The notes under the pieces are model-generated. The model saw only the letters and a list, made by a program, of their open reading frames with translations, ran no database searches and was not told where the DNA came from. This document shows, one piece after another, positions 49,095 through 62,342 of a stretch of DNA of 64,000 bases. Numbering within the stretch: position 1 is the first letter of the stretch; each line of letters begins with the position of its first letter. This stretch comes from Moniliella sp. 'wahieum' (Eukaryota): contig RSEE01000052.1 in the NCBI GenBank assembly GCA_003971905.1, positions 186,001 through 250,000 of the forward strand, in the 5' to 3' direction. Both the position numbers and the translations under genes were made by a program.

Positions 49095-49604
49095 CTTTGC
49101 GTTCGCTCTCCTTTCCTATGTTTATTTTCCGACCATTCACCTTCCTGTTCTATCCCTCTTGGTACATACTACAATGGTGGCTTCTCAAACCATTTCCTTA
49201 ATAATTTACCTCCTCTGTAGCGCTTTCCCATTGTAGACCTCAATCCTACCAACACTAACATAATATTGGGCTTTCCCACCAGCCCGTTTGGGGTTTTCTA
49301 TATTAGTATTAGTATTATCGTCCTCAGCTCAGGATCGTAGTGCCATATCAGTACCCGTTAACCATCTGAACCCCATACCATCTCCATCGTCGGCTGATGT
49401 CTGAGGCCTCCCCCGCTTCGGTACTGTGAAGGTGCATATGCACAGTAGGGCTAGCCGCTACGAGAATCTCGCCGTTCCGGCCTTGACGGATAACGGTCCA
49501 AAACCCAAGTGGAAGGTAATTGGATGAAGTGGGCTAGGAAAAAGAACAAGGACCAGAGAAACAAGACAAACACTACCTTCCCTACGCGAGAAGGGGGAGG
49601 GGAG

Positions 49605-51393
49605 TTAAAGCGAGATGCGACTGGATATCCCCCACTCTATCACGGCACGTTGGTCCAATTCCTCGCGGGGGGTGGTACGCTCCTCACCTTCCTCGTCCGA
49701 GTCGGAAAAAGGATTGTGCCTAGGCGGGTGGCCATGGACCGGGTGGATTTGGGGTGGACGTACGTCCCATTCGCCATCGGGCAACGACAACGAGGGTGCC
49801 CGTACACTCCTCGGTCGCATAAGGCGAGAAGTGTTGTTAGGACTGGGGCCCCATGCTGCCGCACTGTCCACCTCGGGAGGCGGGCTGAGCGTACCCCCAA
49901 GCCCGACCCCGGCCTCTATTCCGACCCCCAGCCCTAGGCTGCCCTGAGTCGACTCGGCCCAAGGGGTAGGCGAGGGGGCACTGACGAACGATCCGCGGTT
50001 CGTTGACGGAAGCACAGCTGATGGCGAGGGGGGTGTCATCGTTCATAGTAACCTCTCGTCGGTGCCGACGGGAGAGAAATGTTGGCGTGGCGCGGGTAGT
50101 GGGAGGCGATGATAATGGGCAGGAGGAAGATGGTGGCGCCCAGCAAGGGGGAAAGAATGGGCCCACTCTCGACGTACGCGGTCAGGGCAGATCCAAGGAG
50201 GACGTAGCACCCAGCATAAGGAACACGGCCAACAACGGTAGTGAAAAGGATCACGATCAGAGGTAATAGGCCCGTCGAGGCACAGATAAAGCTGATTTTG
50301 CGCCCCAAGTCAAAGGGCTGAGCCGGGCCAGCAGCAATTGGGCATGATGATGAGGCCGCATCATTTCTTTTCGCCAAGCGTGAATGCTATGCTCAACTGG
50401 CCCCACGCCAGCCAGAGAGGAGCGGAGGAGCCTGGCTATACCGCATGCAAGAGCGGTGCTGGGCACGGTCGCCTGTAGAAATCGGATATCAAGTAAGTGT
50501 ATGAGTAGGACAGGGCGCTGGATCAAGGGCGTACCAAGAGGATGAAGAGGGTGCCTTTCAGTGGGCCCCAGATGATTCCAGCAAGCACACTGAGGATCAG
50601 AGTACCAGGAAGGGAGAATGCCTGAACGCTGCCGAAGTCCAAGCGGGTTAGTATATGCGAGGAGGAGGGGGAGGGTGGGTGGGGTAGAGGGACCATACAA
50701 GCAAAAGAGTACCAGGTGCACAATGCGGCTATGCCAAGGCCACAATGCAGCATAGTGAACCAGAGCATGATGAAGAGCTAGTAGATCTGCGCGAGAAGTG
50801 GGCCACCTCAGCGAGGAGCGGTCGGGCCTGGTTCAAGTCAGCCCTGTTCATAAGCATACACGAAAAGAAGGCCTGAGGGGGGTCTGGGTTGAAAACGTAC
50901 TCCTGTACTGGTGGCATCAAGTAGCGGCCAAGCTCGAGGAGCGTACCCAGCGTTAAGGCGAGCAAGGCGACAAACCATAGGAGAGTGAAGCACACGGCCC
51001 CTGAGGCGCGGGCAGGAGACGACAGTATCGATGAAGGCGGCAAAGGTACGTCATAAGGGCCGAGTTCAGCGTCCCGGTGGCGAACCGAAGGATGGAAGGC
51101 GGATAGGGTGCCCCAATCATCTCGTCCGAGGAACTCGTCTTCACCGCCGTCGGCAGCCTCGGGGAGTGGGGGGTGGCAATGTCAATGGGTGCTCCAGCCG
51201 AGGCGGCGGGGACAAAGAGCACAGGGCCAGCGGGGGGGTTCGGGGGCGGCGGATGATGGCAGGAGGTCGTCCTGCCAAGCATCGCGTGCGGCGGGCACGG
51301 GGGACACCATGCTGGTGGTGCAGGACAGGGCGGCGGAGAGATGCTGGAGGGGCGGGAGATCTGAGATCTGAGAGCGGGTGGTGGCGCAGCCAC
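49605..51393 (-). CDS. SNARE-associated/DedA (TVP38/TMEM41-like) membrane protein, frameshifted
   Basis: VQAFSLPGTLILSVLAGIIWGPLKG, further hydrophobic segments, LGATIFLLPII. Start uncertain. Confidence 0.75.
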
Positions 51394-52335
51394 TCGCCAT
51401 GCTCTTTACGCACGTCACGCGTCACGGGGCATTCGCCGTTCATATTGCGCTTTGCATCATTAACCAGCAAGGCGCTGGTTTTCAGCTGGCCGGCGCCGCT
51501 CAGCTCCACATAAATCGCTCACTCGCGCGCCGCTGTCATGCGCAGCTCGCAGCAGCAGACGCATAGCAATGCCCATCCAGCTCATCTCGCCTCGCCCAGG
51601 GCAAGGACTGCTCCCACCAGCTCTCTCGCGGGCAGCAGGATCGCATGGCCGTCTGTCTGCCTGGGGCGCCCACATCGATCATCCCATACCCATCCACCCG
51701 CCCGCTGCTTGCTCCGATGGTGGCACGATCACGGCCACATGCTCTTACCTGCATCCCAGCTAAGCCGCGCCATTCCCGCACCACAGCTTTTGTGATTCTC
51801 ATTGCTGCGTGCCGTCTTGGGCTCAGCTTGAAGGAACAAGCGACCACTAACCAGGCCAACCAGATTTGGGGACTGCAGCGGCTCAAGGACTCAGGTTGAT
51901 CCCTAGGTTGTTAGTACTGAGCAGGAATGCAGGCCGCCGCTGAGCATCATTGCAGGAACAGCACCAGCTCCACACACCGAACAGATGCGCTCACAGGTAC
52001 CCACTTGGACCCAACGGCACGCTGCCTTCACTCCCCCTCGTACTACGGAGAGTCGGGTCGCGGCGCCCCCATCCGGCACTTGCTGGTCCCGCCCCTTACC
52101 CGCGAAAAATGAGCACCGGCATTATTCTTTCGCTACCCGGGCGAATTCCTGAGAGCAATGCAGACGTTCATGGGGGAGAATAGAACACTAAAGAGAGACT
52201 GAGGCAGTAAAGCTACCAGCTTCCGGCCCAGCGCAGTAGGTCCTCCGACGCGCTTCACACTCAATAGCGACCGGGAGCCCAAAGGCGAAGATAGAGGGTG
52301 CAAGCATAACAATTCTGACGCATTTGTGAGCATAC

Positions 52336-54781
52336 TTAGAGGTCTTCATGCTCCCTGAACTGGAATGTCAACGCGTCCATGAACCACTGTTGCTCCTGCT
52401 TGTTCAAGAGGAAGAAGAAGACAGCGTTGATAAATGCGAGGGAAAAGAGGACGAGCCAGGTGCGAGGGTTGGCCACGATAGGCCAAATGTGGCGCAACCA
52501 ACACCGGCGCAGGGCATTCGACCGTTCCAAAAGGGTAATGTGAAGATCGTGTTCGTACCCCAGCGCCTTCTGGGCGTGGGTGACATACAAGGTCTCCTTC
52601 TCAGTGTCAAGGCGCCAACTGCCGTCGCTCAGCTCGATCAGCACATTCTTCCCTTCAAACAGATACTTGGGAAAGAAGATCTCGGTGACAAGCGAGCTGG
52701 AACGACGGTTCATCCAACTCAGATGGAATTCGCCATGATGCCGATCCCAGTTGGTCGAAAGCGGAACGCCTGCAACTTTAGCGGCATAGGGACGGATGAG
52801 GGCTTCAAGGATTCTTCCACCACGGTACCGGTCATCGGTCGCACCTTTGGTGTTGGCCCGGTCGCGAGAGGCGTCGTCAGCAGTGATCACGCTAAAGTCC
52901 TCCTTGTTCCATCCATCGCCATGGGCAGAAACAGCATCCGGGTTAAAGTTCCACCAGGTGAACGAGGCCCAGTTCTTTTCGAGCGCATTAAGCATCGCAT
53001 CCGCAAGCTCGACATGTTTGCGGTAATCTCCAGTGCGATACGCGTGAGCGCCGTTAATGTCGTATGGCAGGCCAATCTCCCCAATCAGGAGTGGTACATT
53101 CCCCAGCGACTGGCGCCCGAACGAAACCTGCGCTGTCAATTGCTTAATGTAGTTTCTCCGCAGCCCTCCTTCGCCAAAGTAGAGCGCATTGAGGAAAACA
53201 TGCCTCTAGCGAGGCCTTGCACGTTGACTGACATGAAAGACCAAACCTTGCCAAAGAGGACATTAAGATCGTAGAAATGTGGGGCATAGACCAAGTTGGG
53301 AGGATGTTCTCCCTCCAAGACAGTGGGAACAGCATACGTTTGCTTGGTAGGATCAGGCGGTGGCGCTGCCCTCCTCTTGGGCTTGACCAGCTTGGATTCG
53401 GCCACATACTTCGGGGGCCAGGGCGGGAAAAAACTCGTTGGGGATGGGCTCGAGCATGATAAACAGGTCCTTATTCTTCTTTTGGAGTCGGGGAGAAACG
53501 CTGGATAAAGGGTAGGTAAAAGTCCTTGTACCACTCCACAGGCTTGGGCTCCTTTCCGCGCTGGTCCTGGGAAAAGTAATGTTCCGATGCAACTTGCGCC
53601 TGCTGGCTCTCCTCGTCCCACTTCCACACACCATGCGACTTCCACGGACAAACTCCGTCCTTCCAAATGGACTTGCCATCTGGGTCGAGGAGACTGTCGT
53701 GCGTCTTGCGCGTGGGGAACGGCCAGGTCTTGACATAGAACGGGACTTTTTGCGCCTTGCCATCGGCCAAGGCCAAGCTCTGGAGCAAATTGGGGAAATG
53801 ACCAATGTGTAGGTCCGTATCGTAGTTCCACTTGTGGAAGCTCCCCAGACCAATCAGACCGCGATGGGGTTCATTGAGCAGATCGAACCCCAAGAAACCA
53901 TCCAGTCCAGCAAGCTGGTCGGCCAGGTACCCATACGCATCGATAAACGCCGTCTGCAGAAAGCGCTGGATCTGCTGCGAGTCCTTGGTCCTAAACTGGG
54001 ATCCTTCCATCTCCTTGGGAAAAAGGCGAGAATGCAAGTTGGGTGCAAACACTTCGCCCCCCCAAAACAGGGTGGCCATCGTCGCCGCCCCCAGTTTCTG
54101 GTATCCCGAGGGCCAGAGGAACGGACCGCTTGGCTCCTTGGGGGTGTCAGCATCGTCGAGGCAGTGAATGTAGGCTGCGCCGGTGGCCTTGAAAGCGCTT
54201 CGGTCCATTCCTGCCGCCTCGAGAGTCCACCCTGGCGCACCGCTGCCTCCTGTGAATCGGCTCCACACGTCTTGATGGGCACAGATGAAAGCCTTCATGC
54301 CCATGGAGCCAATGAGGGTTATGAGCTCCTTCAGATAGGCAATGTACTCCGTGTCCAGGTCCTCAATCCGCGGGCCAGCATGAGAAATGCTCTCCCATGT
54401 TACCATGAGACGGATAAGCGGGTAACCCCATGCCTTGAGCTGGCCCAGGCGCCGTGGAGCCTCTTCCAGAGGAAATGGACGGCCATAAAAGGTGACCTTC
54501 CGGTCGTCAGTCTCCCATGCATCTGTAAGATGCGTGAGGCCGTTGGGGTTCGTCGGTCTTTGCAAGGTTTAGGGTCAGTGGCGACCGTGTAGGGGAATGG
54601 AGCAGGAAGACATACAACTTGCTCCACTCACATTCATACCATGGAGGAGCAAGACCCGGCCGGCGGCATCGAGGAAACTGCGGCCGTCGATTTGGATTCT
54701 GCCCCCCACCGCAGCAGACGACAAGTCGATTGCGGCACCCGAAGCCAAGGGCGGGCCCGAAAGCTGGGTGGTACTGGTCAT
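52336..54781 (-). CDS. GH5 endoglycoceramidase-related protein (EGCrP-type glucosylceramidase/sterylglucosidase) with C-terminal TM helix
   Basis: GRVLLLHGMNVSG, FYGRPFPLEEA, HQDVWSRFTGGSGAPGW, catalytic LLNEPH and IGEIG, GDGWNKEDFS, RPY; hydrophobic C-terminus. Confidence 0.92.
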
Positions 54782-55098
54782 CCTCTTGGCTCGTGCGACA
54801 GGGTGGAAGCAAAAGGGAGACAGACGGGCGGGCTTCCAGCTTGTGCCGAATAGAAGAGTAAGCCTCGACTCAGCTGAACCGCTCACGCCCGATGTGGGCA
54901 CGTTACGTGGCACGCTCACGTGACCTTCAGTTCCCATCGATCCCATCCACCCCATGACGTATGATGCCTGGACATGACCGGTGACCGCCGCCGCCTGTTC
55001 CTCACTGCGTCGATCGATCAGGTCAGATTGGTGCAGCTGAGCCAGTTGCTGGCAGCCAGGCGTGCTTCCAACCACATCGACCCAGGCCGCCATTGGAC

Positions 55099-55998
55099 AT
55101 GACGCCCACCATGCTGGCGTTTGGGAGGCTGCGCACGCCGATGCGCATCCTGCGCATGCAGGCGGTGCGATGCCATAGCACCAGCACCAGCACCAGCGCC
55201 CATGCCCCCCCACTTGCTTCTCCTTCTACGTCTCTCCGCAGCAACAAGCGGCCGGGACCCAGGGGACACCCACCAGCCTCTCGCCTGCTGACCGTGCAAG
55301 GCTCGAGGGGATGCTGCGTGTGGACCATGCCGGCGAGTTGGCAGCCAACACGATCTATGAAGCGCAAGCGAATGTGTTTGCTTGGGGTTGGGGGACAATC
55401 GGACCAAAGCGTTGATGCTCGAATGTGGGAGGTGGAAAAGAAGCATTTATATGTGGCTCAAAAGCTGCTCGACCAACATGGCGCCTCCCCTTCTGTTCTT
55501 TTGCCCATTTGGGGTGTGGCAGGCAGTGTCCTCGGCGCCGTTACGGCGGTGCTAGGGAAGAAAGCGGCGATGGCCTGTACCGAGGCAGTGGAGACTGTGA
55601 TTGGGGAACATTACGATGAGTATGTGCCTGTCCTGCGTTAGCTCCAGCGTGTTGTGCCCGTCATTGACCTGGCGCCGCTTCGTCCAGCCAACTTGTTCAT
55701 CTGCGGCATATCACCGGGGTCAAAACCGACCCGATTGCCGAGCGCGTCGTCGAGGCTCGTCAACCTGCTTCCGACGCTTCCACCGCAGTTGGGGAGGGCA
55801 CCGGAGTCCCCAAGAAAAGAGGAACATCCTTCGCTTCTGCTCTTGTCGGATGTCATCACTGAATTCCGGGATGACGAGCTAGGCCACCTCGATACGGCGG
55901 TGGAGAATGATGCACAACAGGCACCGCATCATGCGCTCCTCTCTGCAATCGTAGGGTACGGGTGCAAAGCAGCGATCCAGGTGGCGAAACGGATATGA
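55099..55998 (+). CDS. COQ7: 5-demethoxyubiquinone hydroxylase
   Basis: [58 protein letters not shown] (di-iron ligands); one intron ~55620-55689. Confidence 0.95.
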
Positions 55999-56169
55999 TG
56001 TCTTCCCATCACAATTTCTTTCTACCGAATGTGCCATGAACGCTGTGCGCGCTCCTCCTACACACTGCTACTCATGCACACAAGGTGAGCAATACGTAAC
56101 TATCAACCGATTCTTTGGTAAATGAAGGGGGGGCGACGCATTAGGCGGAAACATGAGCAACATTCAAAT

Positions 56170-59100
56170 TCAGACAGGAGCGGCCGTGGAGTCGGAAGAG
56201 AAGATGCCGCCTTGCTCAAGGATCCACTTCCAAAACGAGTCGATAGAGTAGGACTCCTGATTTACCGAAGACGTAGCAGAGGGGTAGTCCAGGGCAGGCA
56301 CAGCGAGGGGAGCGGCGGCATCCTCCACCTGCGGCGTTTCGATGCTGGGCGACGTCGACGAAAACGCTCGTGAGATGTGTGGGGAAGGAGGCGAATCACT
56401 CTGGGGGTGGAGATCAGCAGGGTGACGCGAAAGAGTGGAAGCTGAGGTCGTAAGCGCGGGAAGAGGCGATATAGTAGCAGCCGAGTCAGATCGAAGAGAT
56501 GGGTCCGAAGCTGGCTGATGTTGGGTCAAGGCAGACAGATCAAATGCCGATTCGTCCTGCCCCCCCAAAGTTGGGGGGAAGGACATTGTCAAAATAAAAC
56601 GTGTGGGCAGCGGCGGTAGGGAGGAATAACTGTTGGCTAGTGGAGATATTGGCCTGTGCGAGTTGATTGTAAGGCAATTGGAACAGGGGGTGGGTGGGCA
56701 GGACAAAGTCGCGCAAGACCTGAGAGGGATCCGACGTGGACGGAAGGGGCTGTGCACGCAACACCTGTGGTGTCCGTGGTCCACCTCTCTGTTTTTCACT
56801 CTTTCCGTAGGACACGACAGCTGATTGAACGACAGCCACTTCATCAGGGGTCAGGTCGTCCGACTGTGCCGTGTCCATCACCGTCTTGATCCGCGACGCG
56901 AGCGAAAGCATCGTCTCTGCTCCTGCAGTCGGGCCAACAACAGTGCCGGCGGACGGGGCGGGAGCCATACCGGATAAGCGGGATTCCCACTGTGCCTGCT
57001 CTTCTGCGAGGAGAGCCAGAAGAATGCGCAAGGAGCGCTTGACGAGGGGGTTGAGGTAGAGCGTGTCATGCAACGCAGCGACAGCATGCATAACTTGTTA
57101 CCGGATGCTACTACGTTCGCTGGCGTTCTTCTTTTGTCGACAAAGATCGAGCATAAGCACCGCACTGGCCTGGAACACATGGCCGCGGAGGCAAGCCAAA
57201 TGGCCAATCACCGGCACGGTCTGCTGCAACGTGCTGAGGGAAGTGAGCATGCTCCGCGCAAGCATGACACAGGTATCTCTACCCCCCAGAGCTCCGTCCC
57301 CAGCCTCAGGCCACGAGGAGAGGGAAGCGGTGAAGGCGGAGCAGTTGGGAGAAAATGATGCTATGCAGGAGAGCACGTTCGAGGATGACCGAGGTTTGGG
57401 CGTGGGACCCCGAAGACGGTAGAACTCTGGGAGGCGGGAGTCTAGCAGTCCACGGTAGTTGGCGTCAATTTTTTCGACATCCGCCACACTCATGTTGACC
57501 TGTGACTTCCATCCCAGCGCCTGCGTTCGGGAGGACATCAGGTCCATTTCCTGGCGGATCGTCTCGCCGAGGGCGGCCCTACCATAGCAGTAAGACGCGT
57601 CGGTAGGTTCGTCCATGGGCCGAGGAGGGGGAACAGGGTCTTGAAGCAAATCAGTATCATTATAGTTCTTGGGGAGAGGGGTGGTGAACTGGTTGGGCAT
57701 GATGGTGCAGATGCCTTTTTTTCACCAGCGCGGAACCACTCGCGCACAACCAACGACCACCAGACACGCTTCTGCATCTCATATCGCAAGATTGCCTCCT
57801 GCTCCGTCTCCTCCTCCGACGCCGGGGCTGTGTACTTCGCCCAATTGATCGATCCCGAGGGTGCGTGCACAATGAGCCGCAGTAAGATGAAGCCAAATTG
57901 TTGTCGACTCATCTTCGGCTCCATGGGTGTCCATTAGAATCAGAGCCTGGATAAACGGCAGTGTCGGCCGAGCGACACCAAAGCGGCAAAGAGACACCAC
58001 CGCTTTGGCACTTGAGTACCAACAGTTGACTGTGCATGACGCATTGAGCAGCCCATCCACCTCTCCGATGCCATTTGTACCGTCCGGACAAGGCGAGAAC
58101 TTGACACCTAGAACTAGCACCATGAGCAAGAGAGCCAACCAACCAGGATCGAGAGTGTTAAGGACGTGGGCACGGGATGCCTCATCAGTGCCGGCCATGA
58201 GCGTATCGAGCTGGCGTTTAAACTGGCCAGGGTGAACGGCGTGGGTGGTGAGAAAGTTGGCCCGAGCGAAGTAGTTGCCGGCAACAACGTCAATCAGTTC
58301 CCTGGAAGGAAGCGTCCGTATAATGGAACGCAGCACCGCCTCTCGCTCCGCATCTCCATTTTCTAGCCCTTCTCCACCGGAGGTAGTCTGACGCATCGCA
58401 CGAAACTGGCCCTCCTCCGCCGCAGCCGCGTATGCCCACCCAATCCCGAACCCGAGCCGTGTTTCGCTTCCGTTGTAGACCTTGAGCAAGCCATCGTGTT
58501 TCGCGCCAAGACTGCAGGTGGTCTCCTTTCCCTGGTTCACAGAAGAGAATCCGGTATAGGTGCGCTTGTGTCGGGCAGGAGACGAAGCGCGGTCCTTGCG
58601 AGGCTGACTTGAGTTGTGCTGATGAACCAACTTGGACAAGGTCATTCGATCGGCGATACGTTCACTGCAGCTGACCGCTTCGCGCGAGGCGGCGACTTGG
58701 CTGGAATGCACAAGCGTTTCGAGCATCGCGACAGGATCCTCAACATCCGCGGACGGACGGCTGGGTCGTTGGGTCGTTGGGTGATGTGAATGCGAAGGAG
58801 CTGGGTTGAGGGAAGCAGGAGGCGCATTTCCCTGTGATTGGGACATGCGAAGTAAGGCCTCCAGCTGTTGCACGCGATCTTTGATCCCCTTCAATTCGTT
58901 CGTCATTGCTGGATCGGCGCTCCCTTGGATGCGCATAGAATCGGGAGATACACTCGCAGCAGAGGAAGGGAGTTGGATGTTGGGGCGAAAGCTGGCGAGA
59001 TAGCGCATCTTCTCTACCTCCCTCTCGTGCTCGAGTTGACGCACACGATCCTCCAGCTGGCGCACGTGGTGCTCTCTCTCTGTGTCGACCACAGCCTCGG

Positions 59101-59544
59101 CGGCAGCTTGGGCGAGTGCGTCACGCGCTTCTGCGGCACGGTACTTGAAAGGCTCGATGCGGCATGTGTCCCCCTCTCCGCGCTTGATGCACTGTTGGCA
59201 GGGAGACTCGCGGCTGCACCGGATCTTGCGGAGGCTATGAAGAGAATCAGCTGGAGCGGCGTGGTCCGGATGGAAACAGGGCAGATACATACCGACAGTG
59301 GGTGCAGTTCAAGGCCAGACGGTTGCGCTTGCGCGGCGGCTGGGACTGGGACTGGGACTGGGACTGGGACGGAGATTGGGATTTGCTCTGGCTGTGTTCG
59401 CTCTGCTCCGAGGCTTCTTGCGGCGGCGCGCTGGAAGAGGAGTGCGCCCAAGCGCAAAGATGCCCTCGACGGCCTGGTCGTGCTGCAGATGGAGGGACGA
59501 GCGGGGAGGTGGCCGTGGAGGCCACTCGGCAAGGCAGCGTGCAT
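56170..59544 (-). CDS. Zn(II)2Cys6 transcription factor with fungal TF middle-homology region
   Basis: RNRLALNCTHCR|intron|RKIRCSRESPCQQCIKRGEGDTC, coiled coil, EMQKRVWWSLVVREW, FTTPLPKNYND. Confidence 0.9.
59341..59370. repeat. (TGGGAC)x5 coding minisatellite
   Basis: Read directly; encodes an SQ repeat in the frame that leads into the Zn cluster. Confidence 0.9.
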
Positions 59545-59618
59545 AGGCTAGAGCGCAAAAGCGCTTACGCCCGAATTACGGAGGTAAGCCGGCGACGGTG
59601 TAAACGCCACGGGCGGCC

Positions 59619-59664
59619 AGTCACTAGTCACTAGTCACTCTAGTCACTAGTCACTAGTCACTAG
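59619..59664. repeat. (AGTCACT)x~6 heptamer tandem repeat with one CT insertion
   Basis: Read directly; unit is the palindrome ACTAGT + C. Confidence 0.95.
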
Positions 59665-60173
59665 CACTGATCACCGGTCACCCGTAGGGCGATGGAGCAC
59701 TGCGCCATTCTTCGCACCATGGAGAGGGTGACTTGTAGGTGACTGCTTCAAAACTCGGCCTCGGCTCAAGTGGAAGAGACTGCAGGCTACGAGAGAGACT
59801 TAGCTGTGAAGGAGGAGAATGGAGGATTAACTATGTCATAACGTCCGTGGATGTGGAGCAGAAAGAGATGTCAAACACAACAGTGTGTAGTGTAGTGTGG
59901 AATGTGTTGTACAGTGTACAGAAAAGTGTTACAACTGCGGCAAAAAAGGCAAAGGGGGGACAGAATAAAAACACGACTCTTCTCAGTCCGCTGGCCAGGG
60001 CTGGCGCGTGCAAAAGCTTCCAGGCTGGAGAAGGAAAGATCACAGGCGTGAGCTACACCGGGTAAAAAAAGACAACGTCAGTCTCTGTGCTACGCCATTT
60101 GGGGAAGGGATTCGCGGCGCCCAACGCGTGGCGCATGGGGGCGGGAGGCGAGGAGGGGGAAACAAATCTCTCA

Positions 60174-61214
60174 CTACTCGTCACGTGCAGCCAGGTCAAA
60201 GAGGATCACCTCCGCATCGTTTTCACCCGTGCTCTCCAACTCAATCGACTCGCCAATCCGAGTACCCTTGATGAACGCGCCATCGCCTTCCCGCAGGGTC
60301 GTAGTACCGGTGGCTGTCTTGATCACCAGACCTGCTTGCTTTGGTACTTGCACCTGCGACGCAGGTAGATCCGGGTCCTGGTATCCAGACGTCTGAGCCA
60401 CATGCACATAGAGCCAACGCTCGACCCCTGCCTTTGCTGCTTGCTCCGTGTCGAGCCCAATGACATGTTCCACCTTAGCCCCGGGTGTGATGATGGCAGC
60501 ACGGGTGACAAGCGAAGAGTGGGCTGGGATAGCTCGGCCTTGAGGCAGCAAGCCAGTCACACCCTGTTCTTCGGCAGTAAACGTTGAGTAGGGACGGATC
60601 AGGGTCACGAGCCGGTCACGCTTCTCCTCGGCAGACGTGTACTTGGTGTAGTACTTGGGCGCAAGGCGCGACTCGTCTGGGGTGTACCAGATTTGGAGGA
60701 AGTGGCACTCCTTCGAAGGATGGCGGTTGTATTCACTGTGTCGGATGCCGGTCCCAGCCGAGGTGAACTGCAAGCTTCCTGGCGTGAGCACCTCGACATT
60801 GCCCATCGAATCCTTGTGGGTCAGCTCACCCGAGACGACGTAGGAGAAAATCTCCGCTTCACGGTGCGGGTGGGTGCCAAAGCCCTGGGTAGGCGCAACG
60901 CGGTCCTCGTTGATCACGCGCAGGTTGGAAAATCCCATAAAGCTGAAGAAGAAAGAGGGTCAGTAGAATGAAAATGGGCATTGCAAGAGAAATAGGAGGC
61001 TGAAAGTGAGGGCGTACCTAGGGTCAAAGTAGAATGCAAAGCTGAAGGTGTGGAATGTCTTGAGCCAGTCGTGGTCGGCGTGACCACGCTCATTCCACCT
61101 ACGAGCCACAACTTTGGCATTCTGAGCCAGTGGTAGAGTGGCCGGCTTAGTCGTGGCGGGCACAGTGGCAGCCGTAACGGGGGCAGGAGCGGAAGTTTCC
61201 ATAGAAGTCGACAT
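60174..61214 (-). CDS. Pirin, YhhW-type cupin (quercetin 2,3-dioxygenase-like)
   Basis: [18 protein letters not shown]|intron|[54 protein letters not shown]; metal ligands intact. Confidence 0.93.
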
Positions 61215-61331
61215 GGCGGATGTGTAGTGCAAGGTGGTCACCGAGTCTGCTGAGTAGGGATGGATTGTAGTGGAAGAGGATTGGATGATGGAGATGAGAG
61301 ATGAGTGGGGTGGGGAATGAACACGCGGGGG

Positions 61332-61339
61332 TATTTATA
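61332..61339 (-). promoter_or_regulatory. TATA box (TATAAATA) of the pirin gene
   Basis: Consensus TATA about 120 nt upstream of the ATG, followed by a pyrimidine-rich tract. Confidence 0.5.
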
Positions 61340-62342
61340 CGCAGCCTGCGTTGCGTGTCGGCGACTACCGAACCAAGGCAAGAACTGTGGAGCCTAGCGC
61401 TCCTCGTAACCCGGAGCGGATCCATGGCAGATGGTGGCTCGGACGTAGCGTCTTCGGGCCAGGAGGGCAGCTGCGATGTGACAGATGGCAGACAGTCGCC
61501 TAGTCACCGGTCACCGATCACTTCCTCCGTGCTGCTTGTTGCTTGGAGACCGGCGTTCGATTGAAATTGCAAGAAGCCAAGTGGAAACGGACGAGTATCC
61601 ACCGGCCGCGACTGCCACCGCCTGCGATGGCCGCCGTTGCGGTTGCTCCGTTCCGGTCGGCGTATGCGCAAGCATCCGACCGTTCACACCGACGGCATCG
61701 AACATATTGACAGCCCACAGCTGCCTGATCGCCGAAGAGAAGAAAATGCATAAGTGCTTTGATGGCGTCGCCGACCACTAGTCGTGCGATGGCACCACAC
61801 TCTCGACGTAGGTTCTTACTCCAGGGCTCAGGCGCTCAGACCTCACCATGCAATGTAAGAAGGGGATTTGACCATGCAGACGCCTCCGACGACTTCGCCC
61901 ACTCTGCCGATTCACCCAAACTTGAGACTACAGATGTGATGCAGACGCCAGCGAAGCATCACGGAAAAGGATATACTAGGACTGTTCTGACCGGACTGGA
62001 GGAGGGCTGCCTGCTTTTTGAACCCCAACCAACCCCACCCCCCGTACCAATGCCAATGCAAGTTGACAGCGCTCGATGTATTAGTCCAGAAGAATACGTG
62101 CCTCTGCTCTTCGGTGCCCATCCAGCTGCGTCCGATCGTACAGACGACAAATTGTAGAATGAAAAGGAATTATAGTATGCACGTGCCCATGTGAGTGCCG
62201 CCTTCCCTCAGGCCCAGGTGCAGAGCGGAACAGACACTGGTTGGTGTCACGGTTATATTAACCGCGCTAGCGAAGAGGCCGATAAGGCCTGGTCCGCTCC
62301 AGGTGAACAGGTTCGCATGTGTAGCTCGTAGAGTGTGTGGTT

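Noticed and set aside
52348..54592. Long + strand ORFs (308 aa, 252 aa) opposite the GH5 gene, and similar antisense ORFs elsewhere
   Set aside because: Shadow ORFs from GC-rich codon bias on the coding strand; no motifs.
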